63,710 nucleotides of DNA, filler included, from Asterionella formosa (GCA_002256025.1; 22 parts of 22 records of this genome joined end to end with filler, not necessarily neighbours in it); one strand, 5' to 3'; shown: positions 34,843 through 47,465, numbered from the whole stretch's first letter. Numbers and translations are program-made. The notes: generated by a model from the sequence alone, not told the origin.

Positions 34843-36187
34843 TCGAGACTACCGGTACCAGAAGGCTATGTACGGTGTACATACATGCTGGTATTATCAG
34901 TAAACGCTCATGCGGTCACAGTCGTATACCGGTAATGACTAAACATAATACCGGTGGTACCTGGTACCTGCTACCGTGTAGTTGCGGTCATTTTGCTGAA
35001 ATTTATAACGTGACGCAGGACAGGCGTTTCTTATATAGAAAACGTCATCCATACACTCGTTTAAGTCGTCTGTATGATGACCAAAAAGTGACGTAGGGTT
35101 TTATGCTACTTTTTTTCTTTCCAACAATAGGGAAACGCCGAAATTTGGGCAAATGGCTTAAAACAAGCAAATGACAATGACCAGTAATGGCGGTCCGAAG
35201 AAAAAGAAAGCAATCCTAAGCAAAAGTAAGCAATCACATGCAACCTTCACCATAGTCAGACGTCTGTAAAAGCCGGGTTGTTTTAGGATGTTTTTCCTAC
35301 AGATCAATCTTCTTCTTCGAGTTTCACAAAAATTTTAGTTGAGTAATTCAACAAACTCCTACAATACTTTATGTTACTCCTTGTTGCTTATTTTAGAAAA
35401 AGTGGCCACTGAGATACCCCTTGAGCACAATTAACCACGAGAAAACCACTAGCAATGCTAAATCAATCAAGTGATCGACAATGGTGGTGCTTTTTGTAGT
35501 GTCGGTGACCTCATAAACAGGGTGAATGATAGCTAACGATAGGAATTAATTAGCTACTATTATATTTTTTGGGGCATGTCAACAGTCTGATGGATCTGTA
35601 GGCTATTTGCTTGTAGATACTAATTGGCACGAAATTGGCAAATAAAAAGCATATCTCCCAACAATCCATCTGAGAATCGTGTTTGCTACTCCTCCATTGC
35701 TACATCTGTAGATAGAATGACCGGTTTGTTGCTTCCCTTGCCCCTCCTGATCTGTTGATTGTAGCTTGCATCAAATGTTTGCCAATTGACGATTCCTTGT
35801 CCAGCCAGTTGGTAATGTCAGCCTTGAAGTATTTATTCTTTGCCTTTCATTGCTCCAGTTTTCTTTCAAATCAACCCATAACTCAAATCATCGTTATTGC
35901 TGCTTCTGCAAGAAAAAAGAGGTGCAACAATACCCGGTCTGCTGGTCGACACTTACTGTTAATAGGTATCTCTGTTTTTTTTCTTGCCACATGAGGGACT
36001 ACTGTAGGTACGATTCCCTCCCCTCCAAGCGGATATTTCTAAACCCAACAATCAACCGGTGTGATTCTATGTTTACATAACACATAATTGCTGTATAAAG
36101 ACTATTTCCTACTTGGTGCACCATCACAAACACAATACTTTGAATTAAGTAATCGAAACTGTTTCAACAATGTTAACTGTATCACTC

Positions 36188-37312
36188 CTATTGCAAATCA
36201 CTCACTTGTGCCTGTTCTTGCTCCTTTGCCATATTTGCTTGAAAATGAGTCACGGCATCCTGGACCATCCCAACTCCCAACGAAATCCCGCTCCACAGTT
36301 GCTGGGCACTTTCGACAGGATGCAAGACCCGGTCTACAACCACATCCTTGATTTCTCCCACGACAGCACCCAAACCACCCCGCCGGTCTAATTGACGAAA
36401 GGCTACTCGAATTGCTTGCTTCGCCACTAATTTAGTGGACAGAAATGTTAATTTACCAGCATACAAGGCCTGGGCTGCACCTCCTTCCAACATATCACCG
36501 AAAGGTGTGTGTTGAAACGAGTCGTATACCTTTTGGACAATGGCATCACCGACGATGATGGGAGTTCCAATTAAGGCGGTGCTAACAGCCATAGGCCACA
36601 AAACGAGGCCAAGGGCGACTGATAAAAGTGGTTGTTTGGACGCTTCATGTTGGGTCCACTCTAATGTTGTAGCGACGGCAGGTCCAAGAGGTGGCCACAT
36701 GCAGCGTACCCGAGGTTGTTTTGGCCTGGGTTTGGAAAGAACTGGTTCGTCTTCTTCTTCTTCGTGTTCATCAAGAAGCTCGATTCTACCGGAAAACTCT
36801 ATATTTCTTGATGAGTACGCAGGATTTGTGGCATTCGCGATATCTTTGGGACTCGTCGAGTCGAGAAAGTTCTGTAGACTCAACAAGAACATATTGGCCA
36901 AGGTAAGCGCCACGTCCGCTATCTCATCGGCTTCGTCTAGCCTGATCGAACGAAGTGACGCCTCAACGTCTCGCAATAGCTCTTGACCTCCTACCAATGC
37001 AACGTTCATGTCATCAAGGGTCAATAGCTGCAGTTCATCCTCATTTTCACTGGCTGTCAATAACGAATGCGGCTGCTTTGTTTGCATATCTTTCAAACAG
37101 GCTTTTGCCAGGGCATTTCTTTCGTCATCATTCCGACTCTCCAGTTGCTCGGCCAATCCCCCGACTGCATCCGCAAGCTCCTGGCATTTCCTCACAATGG
37201 CTGATCCCAGCATGCCATTAGATTCCAAATCAGAAAGAACGTCCTTTGCTTTCTCGCAGAAGTTGTTGGCAAAGTCCAATGATTGCTGAGCCGCTTTTTC
37301 ATTGTCAGCATG
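36188..37312 (-). CDS. Hypothetical helical protein with a hydrophobic hairpin; 5' end lies in the N gap
   Basis: ~374 uninterrupted codons. RVRCMWPPLGP and the TM-like LLSVALGLVLWPMAVSTALIGTPII. Confidence 0.8.
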   Translation of the reverse strand, partial: HADNEKAAQQSLDFANNFCEKAKDVLSDLESNGMLGSAIVRKCQELADAVGGLAEQLESRNDDERNALAKACLKDMQTKQPHSLLTASENEDELQLLTLDDMNVALVGGQELLRDVEASLRSIRLDEADEIADVALTLANMFLLSLQNFLDSTSPKDIANATNPAYSSRNIEFSGRIELLDEHEEEEDEPVLSKPRPKQPRVRCMWPPLGPAVATTLEWTQHEASKQPLLSVALGLVLWPMAVSTALIGTPIIVGDAIVQKVYDSFQHTPFGDMLEGGAAQALYAGKLTFLSTKLVAKQAIRVAFRQLDRRGGLGAVVGEIKDVVVDRVLHPVESAQQLWSGISLGVGMVQDAVTHFQANMAKEQEQAQVSDLQ

Positions 37313-38103
37313 NNNNNNNNNNNNNNNNNNNNNNNNNNNNNNNNNNNNNNNNNNNNNNNNNNNNNNNNNNNNNNNNNNNNNNNNNNNNNNNNNNNNNNNN
37401 NNNNNNNNNNNNNNNNNNNNNNNNNNNNNNNNNNNNNNNNNNNNNNNNNNNNNNNNNNNNNNNNNNNNNNNNNNNNNNNNNNNNNNNNNNNNNNNNNNNN
37501 NNNNNNNNNNNNNNNNNNNNNNNNNNNNNNNNNNNNNNNNNNNNNNNNNNNNNNNNNNNNNNNNNNNNNNNNNNNNNNNNNNNNNNNNNNNNNNNNNNNN
37601 NNNNNNNNNNNNNNNNNNNNNNNNNNNNNNNNNNNNNNNNNNNNNNNNNNNNNNNNNNNNNNNNNNNNNNNNNNNNNNNNNNNNNNNNNNNNNNNNNNNN
37701 NNNNNNNNNNNNNNNNNNNNNNNNNNNNNNNNNNNNNNNNNNNNNNNNNNNNNNNNNNNNNNNNNNNNNNNNNNNNNNNNNNNNNNNNNNNNNNNNNNNN
37801 NNNNNNNNNNNNNNNNNNNNNNNNNNNNNNNNNNNNNNNNNNNNNNNNNNNNNNNNNNNNNNNNNNNNNNNNNNNNNNNNNNNNNNNNNNNNNNNNNNNN
37901 NNNNNNNNNNNNNNNNNNNNNNNNNNNNNNNNNNNNNNNNNNNNNNNNNNNNNNNNNNNNNNNNNNNNNNNNNNNNNNNNNNNNNNNNNNNNNNNNNNNN
38001 NNNNNNNNNNNNNNNNNNNNNNNNNNNNNNNNNNNNNNNNNNAAAATCGAAGAATTACTACCACAATAAATACATAGAAACACTGGCAATCTTCACCTCC
38101 GTC

Positions 38104-39771
38104 ATGATGCTAAAGATGGAGGCCATGGAAATCCAGACGGGAGATGAATTCGACGATGACAACGAGTCGTCGTGTTCATCCCTGAGACGGCGTGGATGCG
38201 TCCTGCTTGCCATTCTGACAACTGTAGTTACTATGAGTATTGGATACATTTTGTCGACCAGGAACAGTGTGGCTCATATGGCTGACGAAACCGACGAATT
38301 GATACAACTTTTGTCCGAAAATATTTACTCCAAGCTGTTGCCTGATGAACTATTTGAACAGCGCATCTACAACAACAGTGACTTTGTCAACAAGTTGGGT
38401 GTGACGCCTGCGTTTTGGGGTCAGAACGAAACTTGCGACGATCTCGGGAACAATTGCGCGAAAGTTTGGGGACCTTGTTATGCGAAAAACAATCCACATT
38501 GGAAGAACAAGACACAGTATCTACCCATTTCCAAGTCAGCGGCACAATACTCAATCAACATGGATAACTTGTCAGGATATTGTCGCCCGGGATTTTTAAT
38601 CATTGGTCAGGGAAAATGCGGCACAAGTAGTTTATATCACTACCTTGTTGGGCATCCACGCGTGTTGCCAGCAAATGAGAAACAAATTCATTATTTCAAG
38701 GTTCGTGCAACCATGTAACAATACACTATTTTCTAACTTGGGGCTTGTATTCTTACCACACCGACGTCCCATGCCAAACCATTGCAGTATTACACCAACT
38801 ATCCCATGAAATGGTACCTTGGTCATTATCCGACAGCTGAGTCATTTCTAGGCCAAGGAGCGCTGATGACAGGCGAAGCCTCGCCTGGGTATCTTCCCTA
38901 CCCTGACGTTGTGGCATTGATTCGGCAAGAAATGGCTGGAACAAAGATTATTTGTGTTGGGCGAGATCCATTGGAACGATCATACTCGTCCTATCGATAC
39001 AACTATGTCAATCCAGCAATATTGAAGCTTCGCAAGGGAGCCAGAAGGGATATTAAAAGGGACCAGCCCGAGTCGTATTATAATCAGTATTTATTCTCCT
39101 TTGAAGAAATGATGAAGGCAGAGTTGGAGGTGATCCAACAGTGTTTGCAACCTGGGGGAATAGGCATAACTGGAGCCGAGAAGCAATGGAAAAAGGAAAA
39201 GTGGGGAGAAAAGGTCTATGCAGCACGAAACGCTAGCGGTGAACCGCCATTGGTGGATATTGATGGAATGTGCTATGGGAACCCCCTTTCTGTGGCATGC
39301 CCTCGCAAGCAGTGGTTGGGGCTGAATGCAAAGTATCCCGAGAAGTACCTAGATGTACCCAATGTGCACCTTTCACAGGCCATTATTGGAAGGTCATTAT
39401 ATGTGTACCCTCTTGAGTGGTGGTATGCCATGTTTCCTGAGAAGGATTTATACTTTCTGTGTACAGAAGAAATGAAAGATTTCTCAGGGCAATCATTAAA
39501 TCAACTCGGTCAATTTCTGGGCTTGCCATCGCATAACTTTAGTTCTGTTATATCGGAGGGCATGTACAATGTTGGAGACCATCAAGGCTACGACAAGGTC
39601 ACGTCATGGGATACGGTGGAAGATGAGGCCATGCATCATGCAGAAGAATTGAATTTGACTGCTGAGGAAATCCCTCTATCTGCCGAGTTTCGGAAGGTGA
39701 TGGTTGATTTCTTTCGACCTCATAATGAACGACTATTTAAATTGGTAGGTCGAAGGTGCAAATGGGATTAA
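38104..39771 (+). CDS. Type II membrane (Golgi-type) sulfotransferase, heparan-sulfate 3-O/N-sulfotransferase-like
   Basis: Exons 38104-38700 and 38788-39771. TM anchor, [14 protein letters not shown] (5'-PSB), [24 protein letters not shown] (3'-PB), FFRPHNERL. Confidence 0.9.
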
Positions 39772-39823
39772 ACATTCTCTCTATGATGTTAATCTAGCAT
39801 GGCATGTTAATTTCATGATGTAA

Positions 39824-40357
39824 TCATGATTCACTACTGCCTTGAGCTGTTTCCTTGGCTTCTTTTGCGGCCTTCTTCGCCCTTCGTTTTTCTTCTGCAA
39901 TCTTCTTCTTTTCTTCCTTGCTCATCTTCTTTTCAAAGAGTCCTTCATGGTTCCCAGCTTCTTGAGCAGCCGTAGCAGGTTCTCCTCCCGGTCTTGGCTT
40001 ACTGCTTGGCGGCGCAGACCCCAGGTCCACGTTTTCTGGAATCTGCACTGCCACTCCCTGAGCTCCTCCTGTCCACCCCAACATTTTGGAGTCGCAAAAG
40101 ATGCCCTCGCTCATGACCCTAGATACTGGCGCCTTCTTGACCGTAATTTCTTCCCCCGATTCCAGTTCAACAACAGATCCCACTGGCGCCACAACGAGTC
40201 GATCTCCTGCTCTGACACTGGCAACCGTCACGACAGTAATTTCTTCACCATCACCAACGTCCACCTTGCAGGCCCTCATGGTTTTCCCATCCCTGTTCTT
40301 TCCGCATTCTTCGAGAGACAGCACTTGGCAAACTTTGTATAACGATAGATCCGGCAT
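39824..40357 (-). CDS. Stand-alone tRNA-binding OB-fold protein (PheRS-beta N-terminal-like) with a Lys-rich tail
   Basis: CKVDVGDGEEITVVT, VVAPVGS, VMSEGIFCDSKMLG. C-terminal KEEKKKIAEEKRRAKK. Confidence 0.8.
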   Translation of the reverse strand: MPDLSLYKVCQVLSLEECGKNRDGKTMRACKVDVGDGEEITVVTVASVRAGDRLVVAPVGSVVELESGEEITVKKAPVSRVMSEGIFCDSKMLGWTGGAQGVAVQIPENVDLGSAPPSSKPRPGGEPATAAQEAGNHEGLFEKKMSKEEKKKIAEEKRRAKKAAKEAKETAQGSSES

Positions 40358-40710
40358 GGGCAATGATGAAGATGATGGTTGTACTGTGTAGTTATTTCAG
40401 AGCGATGATGGCATCAACTCAACAACGCTGTGCGTAATAAAACGACGAGGATGCTGTTTCAAACAAGAAACATCGCAGGTACACCGCACATACAGCCATC
40501 CGAAGCTTCCGCCAAACTCACATGCATTGCTCCATAGTGCGCAGTGACACATACTAAATCACACAGTCGTACCACCATGGTTACCAGGTACCTGCTGGAA
40601 CTGGTAGAGCGATTGGACTGGACTCGATGGTTGTGTCCATGACTACCTGGCACCTGGTACATAGAATAACACACCATCAGTGGTGATCATTGAACATCAC
40701 TCACACTGCC

Positions 40711-42071
40711 ATGGCAACGACCAGCAAGCTCCGCTCCGCTCTCAGCTCTCGAGATCCCTACCAGTTAGCTGCAGCCCTGGAAGTTCCTCCAATATCAACT
40801 GCTACGTCGAAACAAGACCTGCCAACATACAATGAGTCCCTCCAAGTCGATGGCGTTGACTGGTCCGCCGTTGTTAACTCGCATTTGCAAGTCCTCGATG
40901 CCTGCCAACACGGACAGCCTGACAAAGCCTACCAAGCCCAGTCGTCACTGCACAGTAAATTAAATGACATATACGGGTCTCAGTCAGGCAATCTTTTGAT
41001 TCCAGCTTTGCATATGGCGTGCAGGAATACGCACAAGATTGCTGTTGCGGCAGATGCATGCAAGCCAGGAGTAGTGTCGCACGAAAAGGTGGAGTTGGCA
41101 GTCACGCTGTTGCAAAAGTCTTTTGCGTTGTCATTGAATGATCGGACTGAATACAACGTAAGCTATGCGCCATGGTTCTGCGTGTCTTGTCCATGTTGTG
41201 GTCTGTGTTATCAACTCAACCTTTGTACCAAATTCAGCCGACCGCCCCTCTCTCGGAAGCTGGATCCAAAAAGGTCGGCGTCCTCTACATTGTCAACCAA
41301 CTCTTCAGTATGTACTTTACTCTCAATACACTGAGATTGTGCAAAAACTTACTGAAACCAGTGGAAACAAGCAAGCTCCATTGTTCGGGGAACAAGGGAA
41401 ACATGGTCACCTATCGGTACTTTGTTGGGAGACTCATGATGTTTGAAGATCAATATGAAACAGCTGAAGAAAATTTGGATTATGCATTGAGACATTGTCA
41501 CAAAAATGCGTTCAAGAACAAGAGGAGTATACTTAGGTACTTGGTTCCAGTCAAGTTGTATCGGGGGAGGCTGCCAACATCGGGTTTGTTGCAGAAATAT
41601 GGACTCAAGGAGTTTTTACCACTGGTGGAAGGAATGAGAAGAGGAGATTTGAGAACTTTCAATGATGGACTCAATCAGTATCAGGATCTTTTTATTCGGT
41701 ATGTTGATTTCCTATATGGAGTCCTTGTGTGTGTACCGGTAGTTGTTTAAACAAACAAACGCCTCACACTTTTCACTCTCAGTCGCGGAATTTACCTCTT
41801 GCTGGAGAAAACAAAGACTGTTTGTTACCGAAATCTTTTCAAACGCGTACACATGATTTTAGAACAACCACATCTTAGCTTGGTAGATGTCGCAAAAGCA
41901 TTTAAATGGCTGGACTTGCCAATGGACTTGGACGAAATCGAGTGCATCCTGGCCAATCTGATTTTTAGGGGATATGTTCGGGGATATTTGAGTCACACCA
42001 AGCGAATGCTGGTCTTGAGTAAAAGCAATCCCTTTCCGACTTCGGCTGTAATTGCATCGTCCAAGGTATAG
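40711..42071 (+). CDS. PCID2: PCI-domain protein 2 (THP1/CSN12 family, TREX-2)
   Basis: Exons 40711-41157, 41238-41698 and 41783-42071. Motifs SKKVGVLYIVNQLF..YF, VTYRYFVGR, YRNLFKRV, ECILANLI..GYVRGYLSH..LVLSK..PFP. Confidence 0.93.
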
Positions 42072-42301
42072 TGATACCGGTCCATGCATACTTGTGCGTT
42101 GTGGTACATTACAGTATGCAATTACACATCAATGAAGTATCGAGGATAAAAGGGGACCCAAAGGATAAGCAAACTAGGAAATTGAGGTTGTATACCGGGT
42201 AGTAGAGTTATTCTAAGTTACCATTATTAATTTTATCGTTCAGCTAATATAATTACACCATGAGGCGAACTGTAGAAGGGCAACCCAAAACTTTAGGGAA
42301 A

Positions 42302-44154
42302 TTAAAATGCCAAAACTTCGTCAATAGCGTGAATAATCCCATTCGACGCATCGATATCAGCATCAACGATAGAAGCAGAACCATTGAGCTCAACACCGAG
42401 AAAGAACCACAAGAAATATCGAACAGCGACCTTAATAGAAGATCCTTGCTTGAGAGTTTTCACATCTCCATTCTGAAGGTCGTGAAGAGCAACACGGCCC
42501 GAAACAATATGATAGAGAAGAATATCTTTGAGCGCTGCTGGATCAGCAAGGAGCCCGGTCAATGTCCCCTCACCAAGCTGGGAAAAAGCTGCTTCGGTGG
42601 GAGCGAAGATCGTGAAGGGACCATCTCCTTGCAATGCATCCGTTAGATTGGCAGCTTCGACCGCTGCTACGAGAGTGACAAGACCTTGAGCAGTGGCAGT
42701 GGCCAAAATATCTTGAGGGGGCATCAATACCTTATTAATAATGTGCACAACTCCGTTAGAAGCTTTGTTATCAGCATTCACGACTAAGCTTTCGCCGTTC
42801 AGAAGATAAAAGTTGGAGAACCACCATCGACTAACATCGACATTGATACTTGCTCCAGACAAGGTTTCCACACTTCCAGTCTCCAGGTCACTCGAAAAGA
42901 CGGCTCCACTGACGACATGATACTTGAGTATATTCGCGAGCTTGGTTGGGTCAGCAAGTAGTGCTGTCAAAGTTGCTTCTCCAAGCTCTGCAAAGGCTTC
43001 GTCGGTTGGTGCGAATACAGTGAATGGCCCGTTGCCGTTCAAAGTATCAACGAGGCCAGCAGCAGTGACGGCAGCGACAAGCGTCTTCAAGTTGTCATTG
43101 CTTACAGCAAGCTCAACAATAGTTGGATCAGCAGGACCAGCGTCAGACGGGGACAAGACAGAATCAATGACATGGATAACTCCGTTCGAAGCGAGGACGT
43201 CAGCTTTGATAATGTTGGTTCCTCCATTGAGAACTTTCGTCCAATGGAACCATCCTGCAAATGAAACAGTGATACTGCCTCCTTGAAGGGTGAAAATTCT
43301 TCCTTCCGTAAGCTCGTCATAAAATACAATGGTGTCGGGAATGACATGGTAGGTCAATATATTCTTGAGTGCCGTGGTGTTTTGAAGGAGAGCATCAATG
43401 GTTTCCTGACCTAGCTTCTGAAAAGCTTCATCAGTTGGTGCGAAGACGGTAATTGGTGAGGACGTTTTCAGGGTATCAACAATACCGGCAGCTTCGGCAG
43501 CTGCCAACAGAGTTTTAAAAATACCGGTTGAGCTAGCAACGTCGACAATATCCTTGGACATGAAATCAGGTAAGAGAATACTTTTACCAATGGCGTGAAT
43601 GACTCCATTACTAGCCTCAACATCAGCTAAGATGACAGGAGACTCGTTGATAGTGACTACACCATTAGAAACAGAGGCGTTAACACTCTCACCAAGCAGA
43701 AGTGTCGGGATCTTGTCACCGTCGCTAATATCTGCAGCTTTGACCACTCCAAGAGCAACATGGTAAAGTAAGGTCTTGGTGAGGTGTCTTTTAAATTCCT
43801 TGTTGGTGGTCAATGTGTCCAGTACCCCGGCGGGAAGGTTGGCAAATGCGTCGTTTGTCGGAGCGAAGACTAACAAAAGTAATAGGTTCACCGAAAGGGT
43901 GAGTTGTGATTCCTTTCTTATGACAACATAAAAGGCCTCATACCTCATGATGCAAACTCACCGGTGTACGAGCTGCACAAAAAGCTCTGGCAACGAAAAA
44001 GATAGTCAATTTGTGCAATCTCCAAAGCAGTAACAAGTGTGGAGAAGTTACCATTGCTCTTAGCAATGTCAAGGATGCTTGTGGTTCCTGCACCGAAGGC
44101 TGGTGAGCCAGCCAGTATAAAGGCAAAGCCTAATGCACGAAGAATAGATTTCAT
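42302..44154 (-). CDS. Secreted fasciclin protein with four FAS1 domains (~586 aa)
   Basis: Exons 44154-43962 and 43869-42302. Signal peptide; four T[VI]FAPT, [LK]YH and ASNG[VI][VI]H.I motif sets. Confidence 0.95.
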
Positions 44155-44952
44155 TCCGGCTCTTTTGCAAATACAACTCGTTCTGCTAACGACAACGCAT
44201 TGAATTTAGTGAGACTAATGATTGTTGATCAGGAAGGAACAAACGCTATCCAAGACTCAATTCCCTTTTGACAAGACCGCCTGCGTCAGTAATCTGGATG
44301 ATGTGACTATCATACATCATATGTAGTACGCATCTTTGGAAGCCTTGATTGTGCGAAGAAGTTCCGAATGATACGCTTCTACCGGTACTAAAATTGCATG
44401 CCATCATGTGTCAAAACGAATACGTCCTGCCGCTCTTGTGAAAAATTTAGCATGTCATTGGGGATGATTTGCACAACATACCCGTATCATTTAGCACCTC
44501 AGGTCTACCGTACGACCGGTACATATTTAAATGTGATGGTGATGGTTCCAGGTACCGTTATTCTCACCGAGTTCAACCTCACGCCCAGGCCTCCCCCGGA
44601 CCGGTACCTGCTACCTGGTACCTGGTACTAAGCAACCTTCTATTTGTTTCATTATACCGGTGCCACTGCTGTACGTACAGGTTGTTTATGCACGACGAAA
44701 TGATGACGACGACCAGCCGACGGAGAAAAGCGTGGCTGATGGGGACTGTTTGAAGCTGAAATAGCAGATCAGCCGTAAAGTACTTACTGGTACATGAATC
44801 ACTGTATCACATATATATATTGCAATAAACAAATAAAATACATGATTTTCCATTCATATTATAAAGTGAATTTATATATTTATGAGGGACATCAAATTTA
44901 CGCTCTCGCTCGAGGACTTGAAGAATCTCCAACACCATCGTCATAACCTTAT

Positions 44953-45157
44953 CAATCGAATCGAATCGAATCGAATCCAATCCAATCCAATCCAATCGAN
45001 NNNNNNNNNNNNNNNNNNNNNNNNNNNNNNNNNNNNNNNNNNNNNNNNNNNNNNNNNNNNNNNNNNNNNNNNNNNNNNNNNNNNNNNNNNNNNNNNNNNN
45101 NNNNNNNNNNNNNNCAATCGAATCCAATCCAATCCAATCCAATCGAACAATCGAATC
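44953..45157. repeat. Compound pentanucleotide microsatellite (AATCG)n/(AATCC)n spanning a gap
   Basis: Visible on both sides of the N-run, immediately upstream of ATG 45167. Confidence 0.9.
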
Positions 45158-45166
45158 AATGCAACA

Positions 45167-47116
45167 ATGCTGGCATCTTGGCTAGAACGAGGACTGGGCC
45201 AGATTTTGGCGCCTGATGTCAAGGTCGCAGAGCAACCAGAGCTGACGGAAGCAGCTTCGTCGTTCTGGACAATGGTAGCTCCCGACCCGAAATGGGAAGC
45301 ATCCGTGCATGGGGCATCTGTGCATGGGCCACCTGATATGCTCACTCCTGGTATCAACAAGCCAAATATAGCGAGGACACTGAGTGTGCCTCCGCAATCT
45401 GCTTTCCTCTCCCCGGCTCATGCTGCAATGCCCACCCAAGTCCGCTGTGTCCATTGCCACGCAATGACTCCTGTAAACCATGTTGACCCGTCCACTCCTG
45501 ATTATCATTCGATGCCGAATTCGTCGTCCGGGAAAGATCCAATCGACTTGCTGGACAGAAAAGTATTATCGGCTGCCAAAGAAACTGCTTTCAGTCTAGC
45601 GTCGCCTCCCAACGTTGTCGAATCGCGCAACAAGGTCTTCCGCCTCTGCGCCTCGTCAAAGCCCCTCAATGAGAAGCTTTTGTCAAGGCTTTCCAAGCTT
45701 CTGGAGAAGGACAATGCGCTGTTGCAAGCTAGGGCTGCGCATCTTGGAAGCTTGGTTCCTGATGGACTCACACCACTTATGGCATCGGCCTTTTGCAATC
45801 AACTTGAGGCTGCTCAAATTATAGTCAACATGGATGCTTCCACCAAGGACGACGTTGATTTGCAAGGACGCACTGCCTTACACATTGCCGCGGAAATGGG
45901 AGCCATGGATGTGGTTAAACTTTTGCTAGGGCCAGAAGGGCCTGAGGCGCCGCTAGATCTTACTGGGTACACTCCCTTCGGCCGGGCACTGACTTCCACC
46001 GTTTCGGCAGCACAACAATCTCAGCCACAATTGAAGCAAACTCTTTTCAGTCCAGGTGACAAAAGTGTTAGCGGGATATTTTCGCCACTGAAGCAACGAT
46101 CCAATTCTAGTTCCCTTCAGTTGGCGTATGGAACTGCTGAAATGCCGGGCTTTCGGGTTGTAATGGAAGACGCCATTGCGACGCATTCCTGGCCTGGTCA
46201 CTTGCTCTTGGGTGTTTGCGACGGGCACGGCGATCTGGGAAAGGTCAGCCATTTCGTGGCTACCAATATTGGAAAACTTATCAAAGAGCAGTCGTCAGAA
46301 TTAACGGCGATGGAAGACCGATGGATATCTGCTTGTTTGGAGTTGGACCAACAAATCAAGGACTCTGGATACAAAGGTGGATCTACAGCGGTATTTGCGT
46401 TGATTACTGAAACAACCATTGTGGTAGCCAATGTGGGTGATAGTAGGTGCATTTTAGTGCAATCGGCACCAGCGGTCATTCCTGAATTGACTGAGGCTCC
46501 TGCTGCCGAAGGCTCGGCCGAGAGACCCTGGATGGCGACCCCGCAATCGGAAGGCACCCTAGTTGACGATGCTGACGTTTGCGTTGTGGCCATGTCAGAA
46601 GACCATAAACCAAACCTACCCGAAGAAATATCCCGCATTGAAGCCGCTGGTTTGTCCGTCTTTGCCGAAACCTTTGCTGTCGACAATGGAAATCAGGAAA
46701 CCATTTACAAGGTCAAACGGTCCGAAAAAGAACGACTAGCTGTTTCGCGAGCCTTTGGAGATTTTGAATACAAGTCCAACACGACATTGGCTGCCGAAGA
46801 ACAAGCTGTATGCTGTGTTCCCGAGCTCAAGGTGCATCGACGTGACAACGATCATGATCAGTATCTCGTTTTGGCATGTGATGGTATCTGGGATGTCATG
46901 ACAAACGACGAAGTGGGAACGTTTGTAGTGAACCAAATGGAAATGGCAACAGATGCCGACGATGTTCTACCAAAAGTTGGAGATTTGCTGCTCAATGAGT
47001 GCTTGAATCGAGGGTCAACCGACAACATGTCGTGTGTAATTATCGCTCTCGGAAAATCCACAGCCAAGGCTGGAGTGAGTAGTGGAGTAATGGTGGGCAA
47101 GACTTTGAACTTTTAG
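45167..47116 (+). CDS. Ankyrin-repeat + PP2C (PPM) protein phosphatase
   Basis: GLTPLMAS, GRTALHIAA and GYTPFG ankyrin repeats. PP2C motifs MEDA, CDGHG, GSTA, ANVGDSR, DHKP, LAVSRAFGD, LACDGIWD, GSTDN. Confidence 0.93.
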   Translation: MLASWLERGLGQILAPDVKVAEQPELTEAASSFWTMVAPDPKWEASVHGASVHGPPDMLTPGINKPNIARTLSVPPQSAFLSPAHAAMPTQVRCVHCHAMTPVNHVDPSTPDYHSMPNSSSGKDPIDLLDRKVLSAAKETAFSLASPPNVVESRNKVFRLCASSKPLNEKLLSRLSKLLEKDNALLQARAAHLGSLVPDGLTPLMASAFCNQLEAAQIIVNMDASTKDDVDLQGRTALHIAAEMGAMDVVKLLLGPEGPEAPLDLTGYTPFGRALTSTVSAAQQSQPQLKQTLFSPGDKSVSGIFSPLKQRSNSSSLQLAYGTAEMPGFRVVMEDAIATHSWPGHLLLGVCDGHGDLGKVSHFVATNIGKLIKEQSSELTAMEDRWISACLELDQQIKDSGYKGGSTAVFALITETTIVVANVGDSRCILVQSAPAVIPELTEAPAAEGSAERPWMATPQSEGTLVDDADVCVVAMSEDHKPNLPEEISRIEAAGLSVFAETFAVDNGNQETIYKVKRSEKERLAVSRAFGDFEYKSNTTLAAEEQAVCCVPELKVHRRDNDHDQYLVLACDGIWDVMTNDEVGTFVVNQMEMATDADDVLPKVGDLLLNECLNRGSTDNMSCVIIALGKSTAKAGVSSGVMVGKTLNF

Positions 47117-47465
47117 CTCACCTTCAAAAGCTAATTATAGTTTGCCACTTGATCCCTTGTTGTGAGTGGAGTAGGTTTTGAATAAACGAGCAATGCTAGA
47201 ACCATGGTACTTCATGATTCCACCATAATACAATGTTGAGAGGCGCTTTGAATCAATTCTAAGTAAGGGGATTTCATGGTTTTGGCAGTAAATTAGTCAA
47301 CTGTTTGCAATTCACTTAACTGAAAGTAGAGAATGTAGTACCGAGTAGGTGCGCACTCAGAAACGTGGTCAGTCAGAAAACCATTCCGAATACCCAACTA
47401 GGTCTTGGAAGTAAACTGTGTTTGGACCTCATTAACTTTAGCCAAAATCAAATAGCGAAACACAA

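Noticed and set aside
37192..38103. Long ORFs spanning the N gap, and the extended start of the 744-aa ORF at 44882
   Set aside because: X-filled read-through; the supportable starts are 38104 and 45167.
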